Of a DNA stretch of 64,000 nucleotides, positions 18,721-27,141 are shown one piece after another. The stretch covers positions 7,357 to 71,356 of the forward strand of contig CALXFB010000006.1 of NCBI GenBank assembly GCA_944387475.1. Direction: 5' to 3'. This stretch comes from an uncultured Clostridia bacterium (GTDB lineage: Bacteria; Bacillota; Clostridia; TANB77; CAG-508). The notes under the pieces were generated by a model that saw only the letters and a list, made by a program, of their open reading frames with translations, ran no database searches and was not told the DNA's origin. Position 1 is the first letter of the stretch; each line of letters starts with the position of its first letter. The translations under genes were made by a program, and so were the position numbers.

Positions 18721-19330
18721 AGTTGGAGATAGAGTAAAATTTGCAAAAAGCTTTATAGAGCATACAGGCGCGGTTGAATTAGGAAAAGTGTATAAAATAA
18801 TTAAAACAGATGGAAGTTTTGCACCTTACAAAGTAGAAAACGGAGAATGGTTTACAACCGCAGAAATTCAATTAGCAGAATACACCTACGAAGATTTAAA
18901 GAAAAGCCCAATAGGAACAAAGATAACTTTTGAAAATGGAGAAGTTTTAGTAAAAGATGATGATGGAAATTATAGCAATAAAAAACGTTGGAGAGATGAT
19001 TCAGACTTAAAGGAACTAAAAGATAGAATAAATACATTAGGCAAAATAATAAAGATAGAAGAACCAACATACACAACAGTTTATGAGGCTAAAGTAGAAA
19101 TCTTAGATGAAGCAGAAAAAAGATATTTAAGAGATGTAATTAGACCTTTTAGAGATAGAGTTAGAAGTATTGAAAAATTTATTTTTTCTACTGGAAGAGC
19201 AAAAATTGGAATAACTGTAAAAAATAACGATAATTATTGGTATATAAACTTACCACCATTTAAAAAAGACACTATGTACAAAAATATGGAAGAAGATAAG
19301 GAATACACTTTAGAAGAATTAGGACTATAA
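18704..19330 (+). CDS. hypothetical phage protein
   Basis: 208-aa co-directional ORF with GGAGGA RBS. Confidence 0.5.
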   Translation: MKMKFKVGDRVKFAKSFIEHTGAVELGKVYKIIKTDGSFAPYKVENGEWFTTAEIQLAEYTYEDLKKSPIGTKITFENGEVLVKDDDGNYSNKKRWRDDSDLKELKDRINTLGKIIKIEEPTYTTVYEAKVEILDEAEKRYLRDVIRPFRDRVRSIEKFIFSTGRAKIGITVKNNDNYWYINLPPFKKDTMYKNMEEDKEYTLEELGL

Positions 19331-19334
19331 GCCT

Positions 19335-19499
19335 ATGGAAACAAAATGTAAAACCTGTTATGGTTGTAACAAGTTAGAAGATAAAAACTTTGTAGGTGTT
19401 GTAGGCTGTAAGAATTATGTAAGAGCAACACCTACACCACAAGACAATATAAGCAAGATAAAAGAAATATTAGGAATACAGGAGAAAATAGAATTATGA
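19335..19499 (+). CDS. small Cys-rich phage protein (54 aa)
   Basis: METKCKTCYGCNK... with a CxxCxxC motif. ATGA overlap with rusA. Confidence 0.4.
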   Translation: METKCKTCYGCNKLEDKNFVGVVGCKNYVRATPTPQDNISKIKEILGIQEKIEL

Positions 19500-19870
19500 T
19501 AATTAAAATACCTTTATTATGCAGAAGCAAGAAAAATAGCCAAAATATAATCGTAAACCCCAAAACACATAAGCCTATGATAATACAAAGCAAACTATAT
19601 AGAGAATTTGAGCGAGAATGTGGTTATTACTTAAATAGATATAAAAAGAATATAAATACACCAGTAAATATAAAAGCAACGTTCTACGTTCCAGATAAAC
19701 GAAAAAGAGATTTAACTAATTTAGAAAATGCAATAGCAGATATATTAGTTAAATACAAAGTAATAGCAGATGATAATTACAATATAATTGCAGGTTGGAA
19801 CGGAAGTAGAATAATCTACGAAAAAGGCAGAGAAGAAACAATTTTAGAAATAGAGGAGATAGAACAATGA
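19496..19870 (+). CDS. rusA: RusA-family Holliday junction resolvase
   Basis: 124 aa. 'KRKRDLTNLENAIADILVKYKVIADDNYNII' fits the RusA catalytic Asp pattern. Confidence 0.7.
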   Translation: MIIKIPLLCRSKKNSQNIIVNPKTHKPMIIQSKLYREFERECGYYLNRYKKNINTPVNIKATFYVPDKRKRDLTNLENAIADILVKYKVIADDNYNIIAGWNGSRIIYEKGREETILEIEEIEQ

Positions 19871-20037
19871 AATGTAACAACTGTACAAAATTCTTAACTT
19901 GTAACAGAGAAAACTGCAAACAAGTTACTTATTTACAAGCAGGACAAATAGAAAAATTAGAAATTAAAAAAGAAAAGAGTTTAACAGAATTACTTATAAA
20001 ATTTATAGAAATTTTAAAGGAGAGAAAGAAAATATGA
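19867..20037 (+). CDS. small Cys-rich phage protein (56 aa)
   Basis: MKCNNCTKFLTCNRENC... Overlapping start and stop with its neighbours. Confidence 0.4.
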   Translation: MKCNNCTKFLTCNRENCKQVTYLQAGQIEKLEIKKEKSLTELLIKFIEILKERKKI

Positions 20038-20255
20038 AAAAAACAAAATATTTTGATAAAAGAATATATGAAAAAGATAAAAAAATAAAAATATTCTTTG
20101 TAATTCTAATAACATTTCTAATTGGGATGTATGCAGGATTAGCAATTAATTATTTAGAATTACAAGAAAAAGATGCAAAGATTAGAAGTTTATATGTAGA
20201 AATAGACAGTTTAAAAGAAACAGTGTATCAATACCAATTAGAGAGAAAGGAGTAG
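20034..20255 (+). CDS. small membrane protein
   Basis: 73 aa, one TM 'IFFVILITFLIGMYAGLAI' followed by coiled coil. Confidence 0.5.
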   Translation: MKKTKYFDKRIYEKDKKIKIFFVILITFLIGMYAGLAINYLELQEKDAKIRSLYVEIDSLKETVYQYQLERKE

Positions 20256-20257
20256 TT

Positions 20258-20581
20258 ATGGATTTAGAAGAAGATATAAAATTGTTAAAAAAATTTAATC
20301 CAGGGGACGATTATACAGGAAGAATTAAAATAGCAATAGAGAATATAGTAAATGATTATTTAAAAGAAAAAGCAAGAGCAGATAAATTAGAAGAAGCACT
20401 ATTAAAAGTTAAAGATAAAAACACCACACTTTTTATAACTTGTAGAAATAGCATACCAAAACAAAAAGTAAAAGACAAAATGGAGAAATTAAATAAAGAA
20501 ATAAAAAATGCTGATACAATAGAAGCAATATTTAAAATTAAACAGCAACAAATTTTAGAAGAGTTATTGGAGGATAAATAA
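20258..20581 (+). CDS. hypothetical phage protein
   Basis: 107-aa co-directional ORF. Confidence 0.5.
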   Translation: MDLEEDIKLLKKFNPGDDYTGRIKIAIENIVNDYLKEKARADKLEEALLKVKDKNTTLFITCRNSIPKQKVKDKMEKLNKEIKNADTIEAIFKIKQQQILEELLEDK

Positions 20582-20582
20582 A

Positions 20583-20900
20583 ATGGAAGATATAAGCGGA
20601 AATGAAATAAATGAAGCACAAGAGGTAGGAACAAGAAGATACATTATAAAAATTAATAATAGATTTTTCGTAGATTTTAAAGAAAACGAAAACGATAGAA
20701 GAGGAAAAGGAGCATATTCAAATGGAGCTTTTAGCTTAAGTTCTCCACCAACAGTAGATATTATAGTAGTTTCTGAAAATATAAAAGACGCATATATCAT
20801 TGAAGGAAGGATGAATTTAAAATCATTGATAGATAAATTGTTAAATAATATGCTTTATAAATTTTTTGAAATTGAAATAATAGAACAATTAGGAGGATAA
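20583..20900 (+). CDS. hypothetical phage protein
   Basis: 105-aa co-directional ORF. Confidence 0.5.
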   Translation: MEDISGNEINEAQEVGTRRYIIKINNRFFVDFKENENDRRGKGAYSNGAFSLSSPPTVDIIVVSENIKDAYIIEGRMNLKSLIDKLLNNMLYKFFEIEIIEQLGG

Positions 20901-20905
20901 AAATA

Positions 20906-21118
20906 GTGGATAAACAATCATACAATGAAGGATTTAATAAAGGTTATGCTTATGGAATAGAAGTAGAAAATCAAAATTTTATTAGAAATTTACAAGAATA
21001 TTTATATGGTTTAGAGAAAAGAAGAGAAAAAGGCGATATTATTATTGGTTATTGGCAAGTTAGAAAAATGATAGAAGGAATAATTGAGCAATGCAAATTA
21101 GATGAGGAGGAAAAGTGA
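20906..21118 (+). CDS. hypothetical phage protein (GTG start)
   Basis: AGGAGG lies 9 nt upstream of GTG. 70 aa. Confidence 0.45.
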   Translation: MDKQSYNEGFNKGYAYGIEVENQNFIRNLQEYLYGLEKRREKGDIIIGYWQVRKMIEGIIEQCKLDEEEK

Positions 21119-21498
21119 TGACAGATGAACAAGGAGAAACATTATATAGATTGAAAATGAGCATAGATACACCTCTAAATGGTGGAAGTACAATAATAGT
21201 AGATAAAGAAGATATAGAAACAGTCTTAAATATACTAAAACAAAACTCTGCAGAGATTGCAGAGAAGTCTGCAGAGATAGAGAAATATAAAGATTTATAC
21301 AATAAAGCATTAGAAGATTTAGCAAAAACAAACCGTAAAAATATAGAAAATAAAATGCAAATAGATTTAATGGCAGAGAGAATTGAGTGGCTATGCAAAA
21401 GCAACGGAATATTATTAGATAAAGAACACGACGAAAATTTTATACAACAAGACATAAAACAATATTTTGAAAGGAAGGCAAGAGAATGGTTGAAGTAG
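21115..21498 (+). CDS. hypothetical coiled-coil phage protein
   Basis: 127 aa, with a GTGATG start-stop overlap with the previous gene. Confidence 0.5.
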   Translation: MMTDEQGETLYRLKMSIDTPLNGGSTIIVDKEDIETVLNILKQNSAEIAEKSAEIEKYKDLYNKALEDLAKTNRKNIENKMQIDLMAERIEWLCKSNGILLDKEHDENFIQQDIKQYFERKAREWLK

Positions 21499-21833
21499 GA
21501 GAATATGTAAGAAGTAAAATAGGAAGTATTGGTAAAGTAACAAAAATTGAAGAAGACAAATTCTTATATGAAAATAGAACATTAATTACTTGGGTTGGAA
21601 ATGTAATAAAACACAGCAAAAATATAATTGATTTAATAGAAGTAGGAGACATAGTACATACAAGAGATGTACTAAATGAAGATATTACATATATTTGGTC
21701 AAAAGAATATTTAAAAGCAATTAAAGAAGATTTAAATAATGGAATTAAACTTGTAGATATATTAACTTTCGAGCAATATACAAATAACTGTTATACAGTA
21801 GAAAGGAAGGAAGATGAAAGATATAAGATTTAG
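21486..21833 (+). CDS. hypothetical phage protein
   Basis: 115-aa co-directional ORF. Confidence 0.5.
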   Translation: MVEVGEYVRSKIGSIGKVTKIEEDKFLYENRTLITWVGNVIKHSKNIIDLIEVGDIVHTRDVLNEDITYIWSKEYLKAIKEDLNNGIKLVDILTFEQYTNNCYTVERKEDERYKI

Positions 21834-22203
21834 AGCTTGGCATCCAGATGAAAACAAGATGTATTATTTTAAGAATTTTCAAGAAATTATAGATTGGCAA
21901 AATGGCGACCCATATAGATTAGATAATTATGAATATGCAAATGTTAAGTATATGCAATACACAGGACTAAAAGATAAAAACGGAAAAGAAATATATGAGG
22001 GGGATATAGTTAAAATTGTTGATACAGAATATCAAACTAGACACATAGCTATTATAGAATTTTTAGAAGCGAGTTTTATATTACGTATGATAAAAGGAGA
22101 ATATGCTGGAGAAGCATTGATGGCTGATAGTTGGCTAGATGAAGAAAAAGAAGTAATAGGCAACATATATGACAACCCAGAATTGTTAGAGAAAGGAGAA
22201 TAA
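21814..22203 (+). CDS. YopX-family phage protein
   Basis: 'IRFRAWH...MYY...QYTGLKDKNGKEIYEGDIV...GNIYDNPELLE' is the typical YopX pattern. Confidence 0.75.
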   Translation: MKDIRFRAWHPDENKMYYFKNFQEIIDWQNGDPYRLDNYEYANVKYMQYTGLKDKNGKEIYEGDIVKIVDTEYQTRHIAIIEFLEASFILRMIKGEYAGEALMADSWLDEEKEVIGNIYDNPELLEKGE

Positions 22204-22205
22204 AG

Positions 22206-22352
22206 ATGAGTGAATTAATAAAGTTATTAGAAAAGTTAGATATAAGAACAATAAATGCTTTAAGATTAGATTTTACAGATAATCATGGAAATTTTAAAAT
22301 AATTACAATAGATTATCCCTCAGAAACAATATATAAAAATGAGGAGGGCTAA
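22206..22352 (+). CDS. small hypothetical phage protein (48 aa)
   Basis: ATG 3 nt after the previous stop, in a tightly packed block. Confidence 0.35.
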   Translation: MSELIKLLEKLDIRTINALRLDFTDNHGNFKIITIDYPSETIYKNEEG

Positions 22353-22355
22353 CTA

Positions 22356-22637
22356 ATGAACAAAGAAATAGAAAAAGCCAAAGAAGACTTAAGCTTCTTT
22401 AACGAAGGCGACTATATAACAAAAGAAATGGAGCATAGTGCTAGAGTTTTAGAAGAGTATATAAAGGAGCTAGAAAATGAAAAGACTATATTAGATAAAG
22501 TAACAGAACTTGCAAATAAAATAGCAACAGAGAATGCAGAAAAATATAATTCAGAAAATCAAAAAGAAGTAGACTTTTCAGAATGGAACTTAGCTTTAGA
22601 AATATTAAATATTATAGAAGGAGAAAAGGAAGAATGA
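22356..22637 (+). CDS. hypothetical phage protein
   Basis: 93 aa with GAGGAGGG RBS. Confidence 0.5.
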   Translation: MNKEIEKAKEDLSFFNEGDYITKEMEHSARVLEEYIKELENEKTILDKVTELANKIATENAEKYNSENQKEVDFSEWNLALEILNIIEGEKEE

Positions 22638-22810
22638 ACAGTTTTGAAATTATAGAAAATACAGATAAAGCAAGAGATGAATTTGAAGAACATTTATATG
22701 GTTCAGATAGATATTTTTTAACAAGAGAAGATTTAAAAGCTTTAGCAGAAGGAAAATGTTTAGCAACAGACATTAATAACGAATATGCTATTTTTATAGA
22801 ATTAGGATAA
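22634..22810 (+). CDS. hypothetical phage protein
   Basis: Start taken at 'MNSFEIIEN' (ATGA overlap, GGAGAAAAGGAAG RBS). The track ORF from 22583 is an upstream extension. Confidence 0.45.
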   Translation: MNSFEIIENTDKARDEFEEHLYGSDRYFLTREDLKALAEGKCLATDINNEYAIFIELG

Positions 22811-22827
22811 AGAAAGAAGGTAGAGAA

Positions 22828-23184
22828 ATGAAAGGTTATGAATTAATAAAAGCATTGCAAAACAAAGAAATACCAAAAGGGACAAAAATATATATAAAAG
22901 GAGAGACTACTCAATATAGATTTTACACAATTGTTGGCAAATATAGACAATTACATATTTGGAGAGAAGAAGAAGAAAAAGATGTTTTATTAGAAAGAGT
23001 TGTTGACACAGAAGATTTAATAAATTCAAATTTTATAATTTACGAAAAGGAAAATACAACAGATAGAATAGAAGAATTTAAAACATATTACACGATGAGG
23101 CAAATGGACAGACAATTTAAAGACAAAATTAACGAAGTAATACGAGAAGTAAACAAATTAATTAAAGAAAAGGAGAAAAAGTAA
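22828..23184 (+). CDS. hypothetical phage protein
   Basis: 118 aa with AAGGTAGAG RBS. Confidence 0.5.
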   Translation: MKGYELIKALQNKEIPKGTKIYIKGETTQYRFYTIVGKYRQLHIWREEEEKDVLLERVVDTEDLINSNFIIYEKENTTDRIEEFKTYYTMRQMDRQFKDKINEVIREVNKLIKEKEKK

Positions 23185-23185
23185 A

Positions 23186-23356
23186 ATGAAAAGAAATATA
23201 AAACTACTTTTAACAGATTGCTTAATTGCAATAATTGTAATATTAATAGGTTTAACAATTTCTAAAACATTTATATGTGGAATGTTTTGTGGAGTACTTT
23301 ATTATTTTATAACAGATTTAATAAAATTATATTTTAAAGAAGGAGAGGAAAAGTAA
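23186..23356 (+). CDS. small membrane protein (56 aa)
   Basis: MKRNIKLLLTDCLIAIIVILIGLTISKTFICGMFCGVLYYF..., two TM segments. Confidence 0.4.
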   Translation: MKRNIKLLLTDCLIAIIVILIGLTISKTFICGMFCGVLYYFITDLIKLYFKEGEEK

Positions 23357-23357
23357 A

Positions 23358-23564
23358 ATGAATAAAGAAAAGATAGAAGAAATAATAAAAACAAGTGAGC
23401 TTTTAAAGAGAATAAGCAAAGAACGAGTTTTTGATTTACAAATATATGAAAAGAATTTATTAATTTCCGAAAATTGCGATTGTTGGTATTCGGTAGAATT
23501 AACTAAAAAAGAAGTAGCTGAATTAGCAAAAATATTTAAAAAAATCAGCGAAAACATGAATTAA
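23358..23564 (+). CDS. hypothetical phage protein
   Basis: 68 aa with GGAGAGGAAAAG RBS. Confidence 0.45.
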   Translation: MNKEKIEEIIKTSELLKRISKERVFDLQIYEKNLLISENCDCWYSVELTKKEVAELAKIFKKISENMN

Positions 23565-23575
23565 AGGAGCAAAAT

Positions 23576-23764
23576 ATGAAAATACCAAGGATTTTAAAAA
23601 GAAACAATAAAAAGTATACACTTGTAGAATTACATAAAGATTACGCTATTTATATTACAGAATTTGGATATAAAGAATGTTTTAACAAAAGAGAAATAGC
23701 TATAAAAGAAGAAAACAATGTTAGACCTTATAATGTTAATCCAGAAAAAGTTAGTTATTTGTAA
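23576..23764 (+). CDS. hypothetical phage protein
   Basis: 62 aa with AAGGAG RBS. Confidence 0.45.
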   Translation: MKIPRILKRNNKKYTLVELHKDYAIYITEFGYKECFNKREIAIKEENNVRPYNVNPEKVSYL

Positions 23765-23778
23765 AGGAGGATACAAAA

Positions 23779-24330
23779 GTGAAATACATAAAAGAAGAAG
23801 TGGAAGTAATGCTTAGGAAATACAAAGAAAATGAAGCTAAATTAACAGAAATAAAGCTAAAACAGGAAGAATACGAAGAAAGACTTAAATATGCTGGAAC
23901 TGTAAACATAGAAAGCAAAGAAGAAGCTATAGCAGGTATGCAATTAAGTGGACAAACATATAATAATATTCCAGCTAAAACAAATAAAATAACAGACAGA
24001 ACATATAATACGGCTATGAGTTACAAAAAAGAACAAAACCACATAAACAAAGAAAACAGAGTGTTTTTAGAAAGAAAATTAACAGAATTTGAGCAAGAAG
24101 AAAAAAACTTAAATAAAAAAATAGTAAGAGTTAAAAATTTATTAGCGGGACTAACAAAAGAAGAAAGATTTGTAATAGAAGAATATTATTTAAATAATTC
24201 TAATTGGGATTATGTAGAAAAAGAATATTTTAGTGAATTTGAAAAACATAAAACAATAAAAAGACTACAAAGTCACAGAGACAAAGCGATAGAGAAAATG
24301 CTAAATATTTTAAATACAGGATTAGAGTGA
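23779..24330 (+). CDS. ArpU-like late-gene transcriptional regulator (sigma region-4-like), GTG start
   Basis: 183 aa. C-terminal 'EERFVIEEYYLNNSNWDYV...IKRLQSHRDKAIEKM'. Last gene before the packaging module. Confidence 0.55.
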   Translation: MKYIKEEVEVMLRKYKENEAKLTEIKLKQEEYEERLKYAGTVNIESKEEAIAGMQLSGQTYNNIPAKTNKITDRTYNTAMSYKKEQNHINKENRVFLERKLTEFEQEEKNLNKKIVRVKNLLAGLTKEERFVIEEYYLNNSNWDYVEKEYFSEFEKHKTIKRLQSHRDKAIEKMLNILNTGLE

Positions 24331-24339
24331 AAACATACC

Positions 24340-24367
24340 AAAAATTTCGCGAAAATTTCGCTATAAT
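24340..24367 (+). promoter_or_regulatory. candidate late promoter: tandem AAAATTTCGC x2 abutting TATAAT
   Basis: AAAATTTCGC 24341-24350, G, AAAATTTCGC 24352-24361, TATAAT 24362-24367. No -35 hexamer is present, so an activator-dependent layout is plausible. Confidence 0.45.
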
Positions 24368-24453
24368 TTCCTTTTAATTACATTTATGAGGTGTTATAAT
24401 TATAGTGGAAAAATTGAATAAGGTTCCTATTAAATTCATTTTTAAATATCAAG

Positions 24454-24492
24454 AAGAACAGCCGTTATTTTAATAGCTGTTCTTTTTAGTTT
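24454..24492 (+). terminator. rho-independent terminator about 90 nt downstream of the candidate late promoter
   Basis: AGAACAGC / GCTGTTCT stem with a 14-nt loop, followed by TTTTAGTTTTT. Confidence 0.6.
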
Positions 24493-24508
24493 TTAAAGGA
24501 GAGAAAAA

Positions 24509-24838
24509 ATGGAATTTAGTATAAATAATAATAAGTGGACAATAGAAGAAAAAGAAAAGAACGAACTAAGAAAAATGTACGAAGAAGAAACGGAAGAAAA
24601 AACTTATTTCGTTTTTGGAGTTACACAGAAATCAAAACATATTATCTATATAAATAAAGATATGTGTAAAGAACAAAAAATTAAAACTTTAAAGCACGAG
24701 CTAACACATTGCTATATCTGGGAATATGGTTTATATAATGTAATAGACATAAATGAAGAAGTAATATGTGATATTGTAGCAAGTAGCAATGATTTTATAA
24801 ACGATATAGTAAATAAATATTTAAAAGAGGTGAAATAA
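24509..24838 (+). CDS. HExxH-motif protein (putative small Zn-metallopeptidase-like)
   Basis: 109 aa with 'LKHELTHCYIWEYG'. Confidence 0.45.
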   Translation: MEFSINNNKWTIEEKEKNELRKMYEEETEEKTYFVFGVTQKSKHIIYINKDMCKEQKIKTLKHELTHCYIWEYGLYNVIDINEEVICDIVASSNDFINDIVNKYLKEVK

Positions 24839-24963
24839 TGAAACAAAAATGGACTAAAGAAAGTGCAACAAATTATATAAAGCATGCTAAAGAAAAAGGA
24901 TTGAAGTATTGGAGCGCTAAAGATTTTTTAAAGAACCACAGAACTATGCATTCAATAATTTAG
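24838..24963 (+). CDS. small hypothetical phage protein (41 aa)
   Basis: TAATG overlap with the previous gene. Confidence 0.3.
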   Translation: MKQKWTKESATNYIKHAKEKGLKYWSAKDFLKNHRTMHSII

Positions 24964-24972
24964 GAGTTTATA

Positions 24973-25119
24973 ATGAATGAAACAAAAATATTAGATAAAA
25001 TAAGTACTTTAATAGATAAAATAAACTATAAAAGTGTGTATATAGAAATTCAAACTAAAAAAGACAAATATACTTTAGAAAAAGAAAAAAGAAATAAAAT
25101 AGGATTTGATGTAAAATGA
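24973..25119 (+). CDS. small hypothetical phage protein (48 aa)
   Basis: AGGAG RBS at 24962-24966. Confidence 0.35.
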   Translation: MNETKILDKISTLIDKINYKSVYIEIQTKKDKYTLEKEKRNKIGFDVK

Positions 25120-25304
25120 CAAATGAAGAACGTTTTAAAAAGTATGTGGAAGAAAATTACAAGAATTGTATAAATAAAAATAGATTTTTATGCGATATTA
25201 GAGTAATAAAAAAGTCAGATGGAGTTATAGAGACGAAATGTAATTATTATAAAAGAGGAGGCAAAAATGACGGTATTAACAGTAATATTAATAATTATTT
25301 TTAG
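25116..25304 (+). CDS. hypothetical phage protein
   Basis: 62 aa, ATGA overlap. Its 3' end overlaps the next ORF by 38 nt. Confidence 0.35.
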   Translation: MTNEERFKKYVEENYKNCINKNRFLCDIRVIKKSDGVIETKCNYYKRGGKNDGINSNINNYF

Positions 25305-25440
25305 CCCACTTATAATAATAGCGGGTTTTGTAAGTCTGGCATTATTATGGGCAATATTAGACTTTATTGTAAGTTCTATAATATCAAGTATAGCAAGCAC
25401 AGTAAATAGCATTAATAATTATAAGGAGCGAAAAAAGTAG
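25267..25440 (+). CDS. small membrane protein (57 aa)
   Basis: AGGAGG RBS. MTVLTVILIIIFSPLIIIAGFVSLALLWAILDFIVSSIISSI..., two TM segments. Confidence 0.45.
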   Translation: MTVLTVILIIIFSPLIIIAGFVSLALLWAILDFIVSSIISSIASTVNSINNYKERKK

Positions 25441-25450
25441 GTGGAGGTTG

Positions 25451-25915
25451 ATGGCAAAATCAAAATGGGAAGATGTAAGAAATAAGCTTATATTAGTAGA
25501 AGGCTGGGCTAGAGATGGCTTAACAGATGAACAAATAGCCAATAACTTAGGAATAAGCATACAAACATTTTATACTTACAAGAAAGAACATCTTGAGTTT
25601 TTTGAGTCCTTAAAAAAGGGAAAAGAAATAGTAGACTATGAAGTAGAAAATGCATTATTAAAACGAGCCTTAGGATATGAATATGATGAAAAAACTTATG
25701 AAGATGTTTATAACAAGGAACTAGATATGTATGTTGAGAAGCTAACTAAAAAGGTAAAGAAACAAGTAGCTCCAGATACAACCGCTTTAATATTTTGGCT
25801 AAAAAATAGAAAGCCAAACCAATGGCGAGATAAAGTAAATATAGAAAATGAAAGTACCAAAGAAACACTAGAAAAACTGGATGAAGTATTAAAAGGCTTA
25901 GGTGGTGTTGTTTAA
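25451..25915 (+). CDS. terS: terminase small subunit
   Basis: 'GLTDEQIANNLGISIQTFYTYKK' HTH and 'ENALLKRALGYEY'. Directly precedes TerL. Confidence 0.75.
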   Translation: MAKSKWEDVRNKLILVEGWARDGLTDEQIANNLGISIQTFYTYKKEHLEFFESLKKGKEIVDYEVENALLKRALGYEYDEKTYEDVYNKELDMYVEKLTKKVKKQVAPDTTALIFWLKNRKPNQWRDKVNIENESTKETLEKLDEVLKGLGGVV

Positions 25916-27138
25916 TGCTTTCAGTAAAACAAAGGGAATTTTTAGACAATGCTGATAGAAGATGGAATATAAAATATGGAGCAACAAGAAGTGGAAAGAC
26001 ATATTTAGATTATTATGTAATACCTAAAAGAATAAGAAGAGGTATAGGAAAACCTGGGTTAACAGTAATATTAGGAAATACAAAAGGAACTTTACAAAGA
26101 AATGTAATAGAGCCATTGCAAGACATATGGGGAACAGAATTAGTTTCTGAAATAAAAGCGGATAATACCGCTTTTTTATTTGGAGAGAAATGTTATTGCC
26201 TAGGAGCAGATAATAAAAAACACATAAACAAAATAAGAGGACCAAGCTTTAAATATTGCTATGGGGATGAAATTGCTACCTGGGATGAAGGTGTTTTTCA
26301 AATGTTAAAGTCAAGACTAGATAAACCATATAGCAAATTTGATGGAACTTGCAACCCAGAAGGACCCTCACATTGGTTTAAAAAGTTTCTTGACAGTGAT
26401 GCAGACATTTATCAACAAAAATACACACTATATGATAATCCTTTTTTAGCAAAAGAAGTGTTACAAGCCTTAGAAACAGAATATAGAGGGACAGTATTTT
26501 TTGATAGATATATACTAGGAGATTGGAAAGCAGCCGAAGGTACAATTTATATGTTATTTGCTGATAAAACACAAGATTTCTTAGTAGACAGAGTAAAAGA
26601 AGAATTAGCAATAGTAACAATAGGGGTAGATTATGGTGCAGGGAAATCTAAAATAAAATTTGTAGCAAGTGGCATTACATATAATTTTAGAAAAGTTTAT
26701 GTTTTAGATGAAATGGATTTATCTGGAGTTTATGATCCAGAGCAGATATACGAAAAGTTTATAGAGTTTTATAAAAGAGTGTACGACAAATATGATAAAT
26801 GTCAGTACGCTTTTTGTGATTATGGAGCTTTAGGAAATGTAATAACTTTAGGGTTAATTAGAAGATGCCAGAAAGAGAGGTTGCCTGTTCAAGTGGTAGA
26901 TTGTAGTAAAGGGTTAATAAACGATAGGATCTTTTTAAGCTCTACATTAATGGCACAAAGAAGATTCTTTATATTAAGAAAAAATACAATAATAACAAAA
27001 GCATTTCAAGATGCATTGTGGAATGATAAAAAGCCAGATGAGAGACTAGATGATGGAACGACAGACATAGACAGTTTGGACGCATTTGAATATTCAATAA
27101 ATGGTTTTTATGAAAATTTAATTAATAGCAGGAGATAA
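25915..27138 (+). CDS. terL: terminase large subunit (PBSX-like)
   Basis: Walker A 'KYGATRSGKTY', 'CYGDEIATW', and a nuclease half with 'GVDYGAG'. Confidence 0.9.
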   Translation: MLSVKQREFLDNADRRWNIKYGATRSGKTYLDYYVIPKRIRRGIGKPGLTVILGNTKGTLQRNVIEPLQDIWGTELVSEIKADNTAFLFGEKCYCLGADNKKHINKIRGPSFKYCYGDEIATWDEGVFQMLKSRLDKPYSKFDGTCNPEGPSHWFKKFLDSDADIYQQKYTLYDNPFLAKEVLQALETEYRGTVFFDRYILGDWKAAEGTIYMLFADKTQDFLVDRVKEELAIVTIGVDYGAGKSKIKFVASGITYNFRKVYVLDEMDLSGVYDPEQIYEKFIEFYKRVYDKYDKCQYAFCDYGALGNVITLGLIRRCQKERLPVQVVDCSKGLINDRIFLSSTLMAQRRFFILRKNTIITKAFQDALWNDKKPDERLDDGTTDIDSLDAFEYSINGFYENLINSRR

Positions 27139-27141
27139 AAG

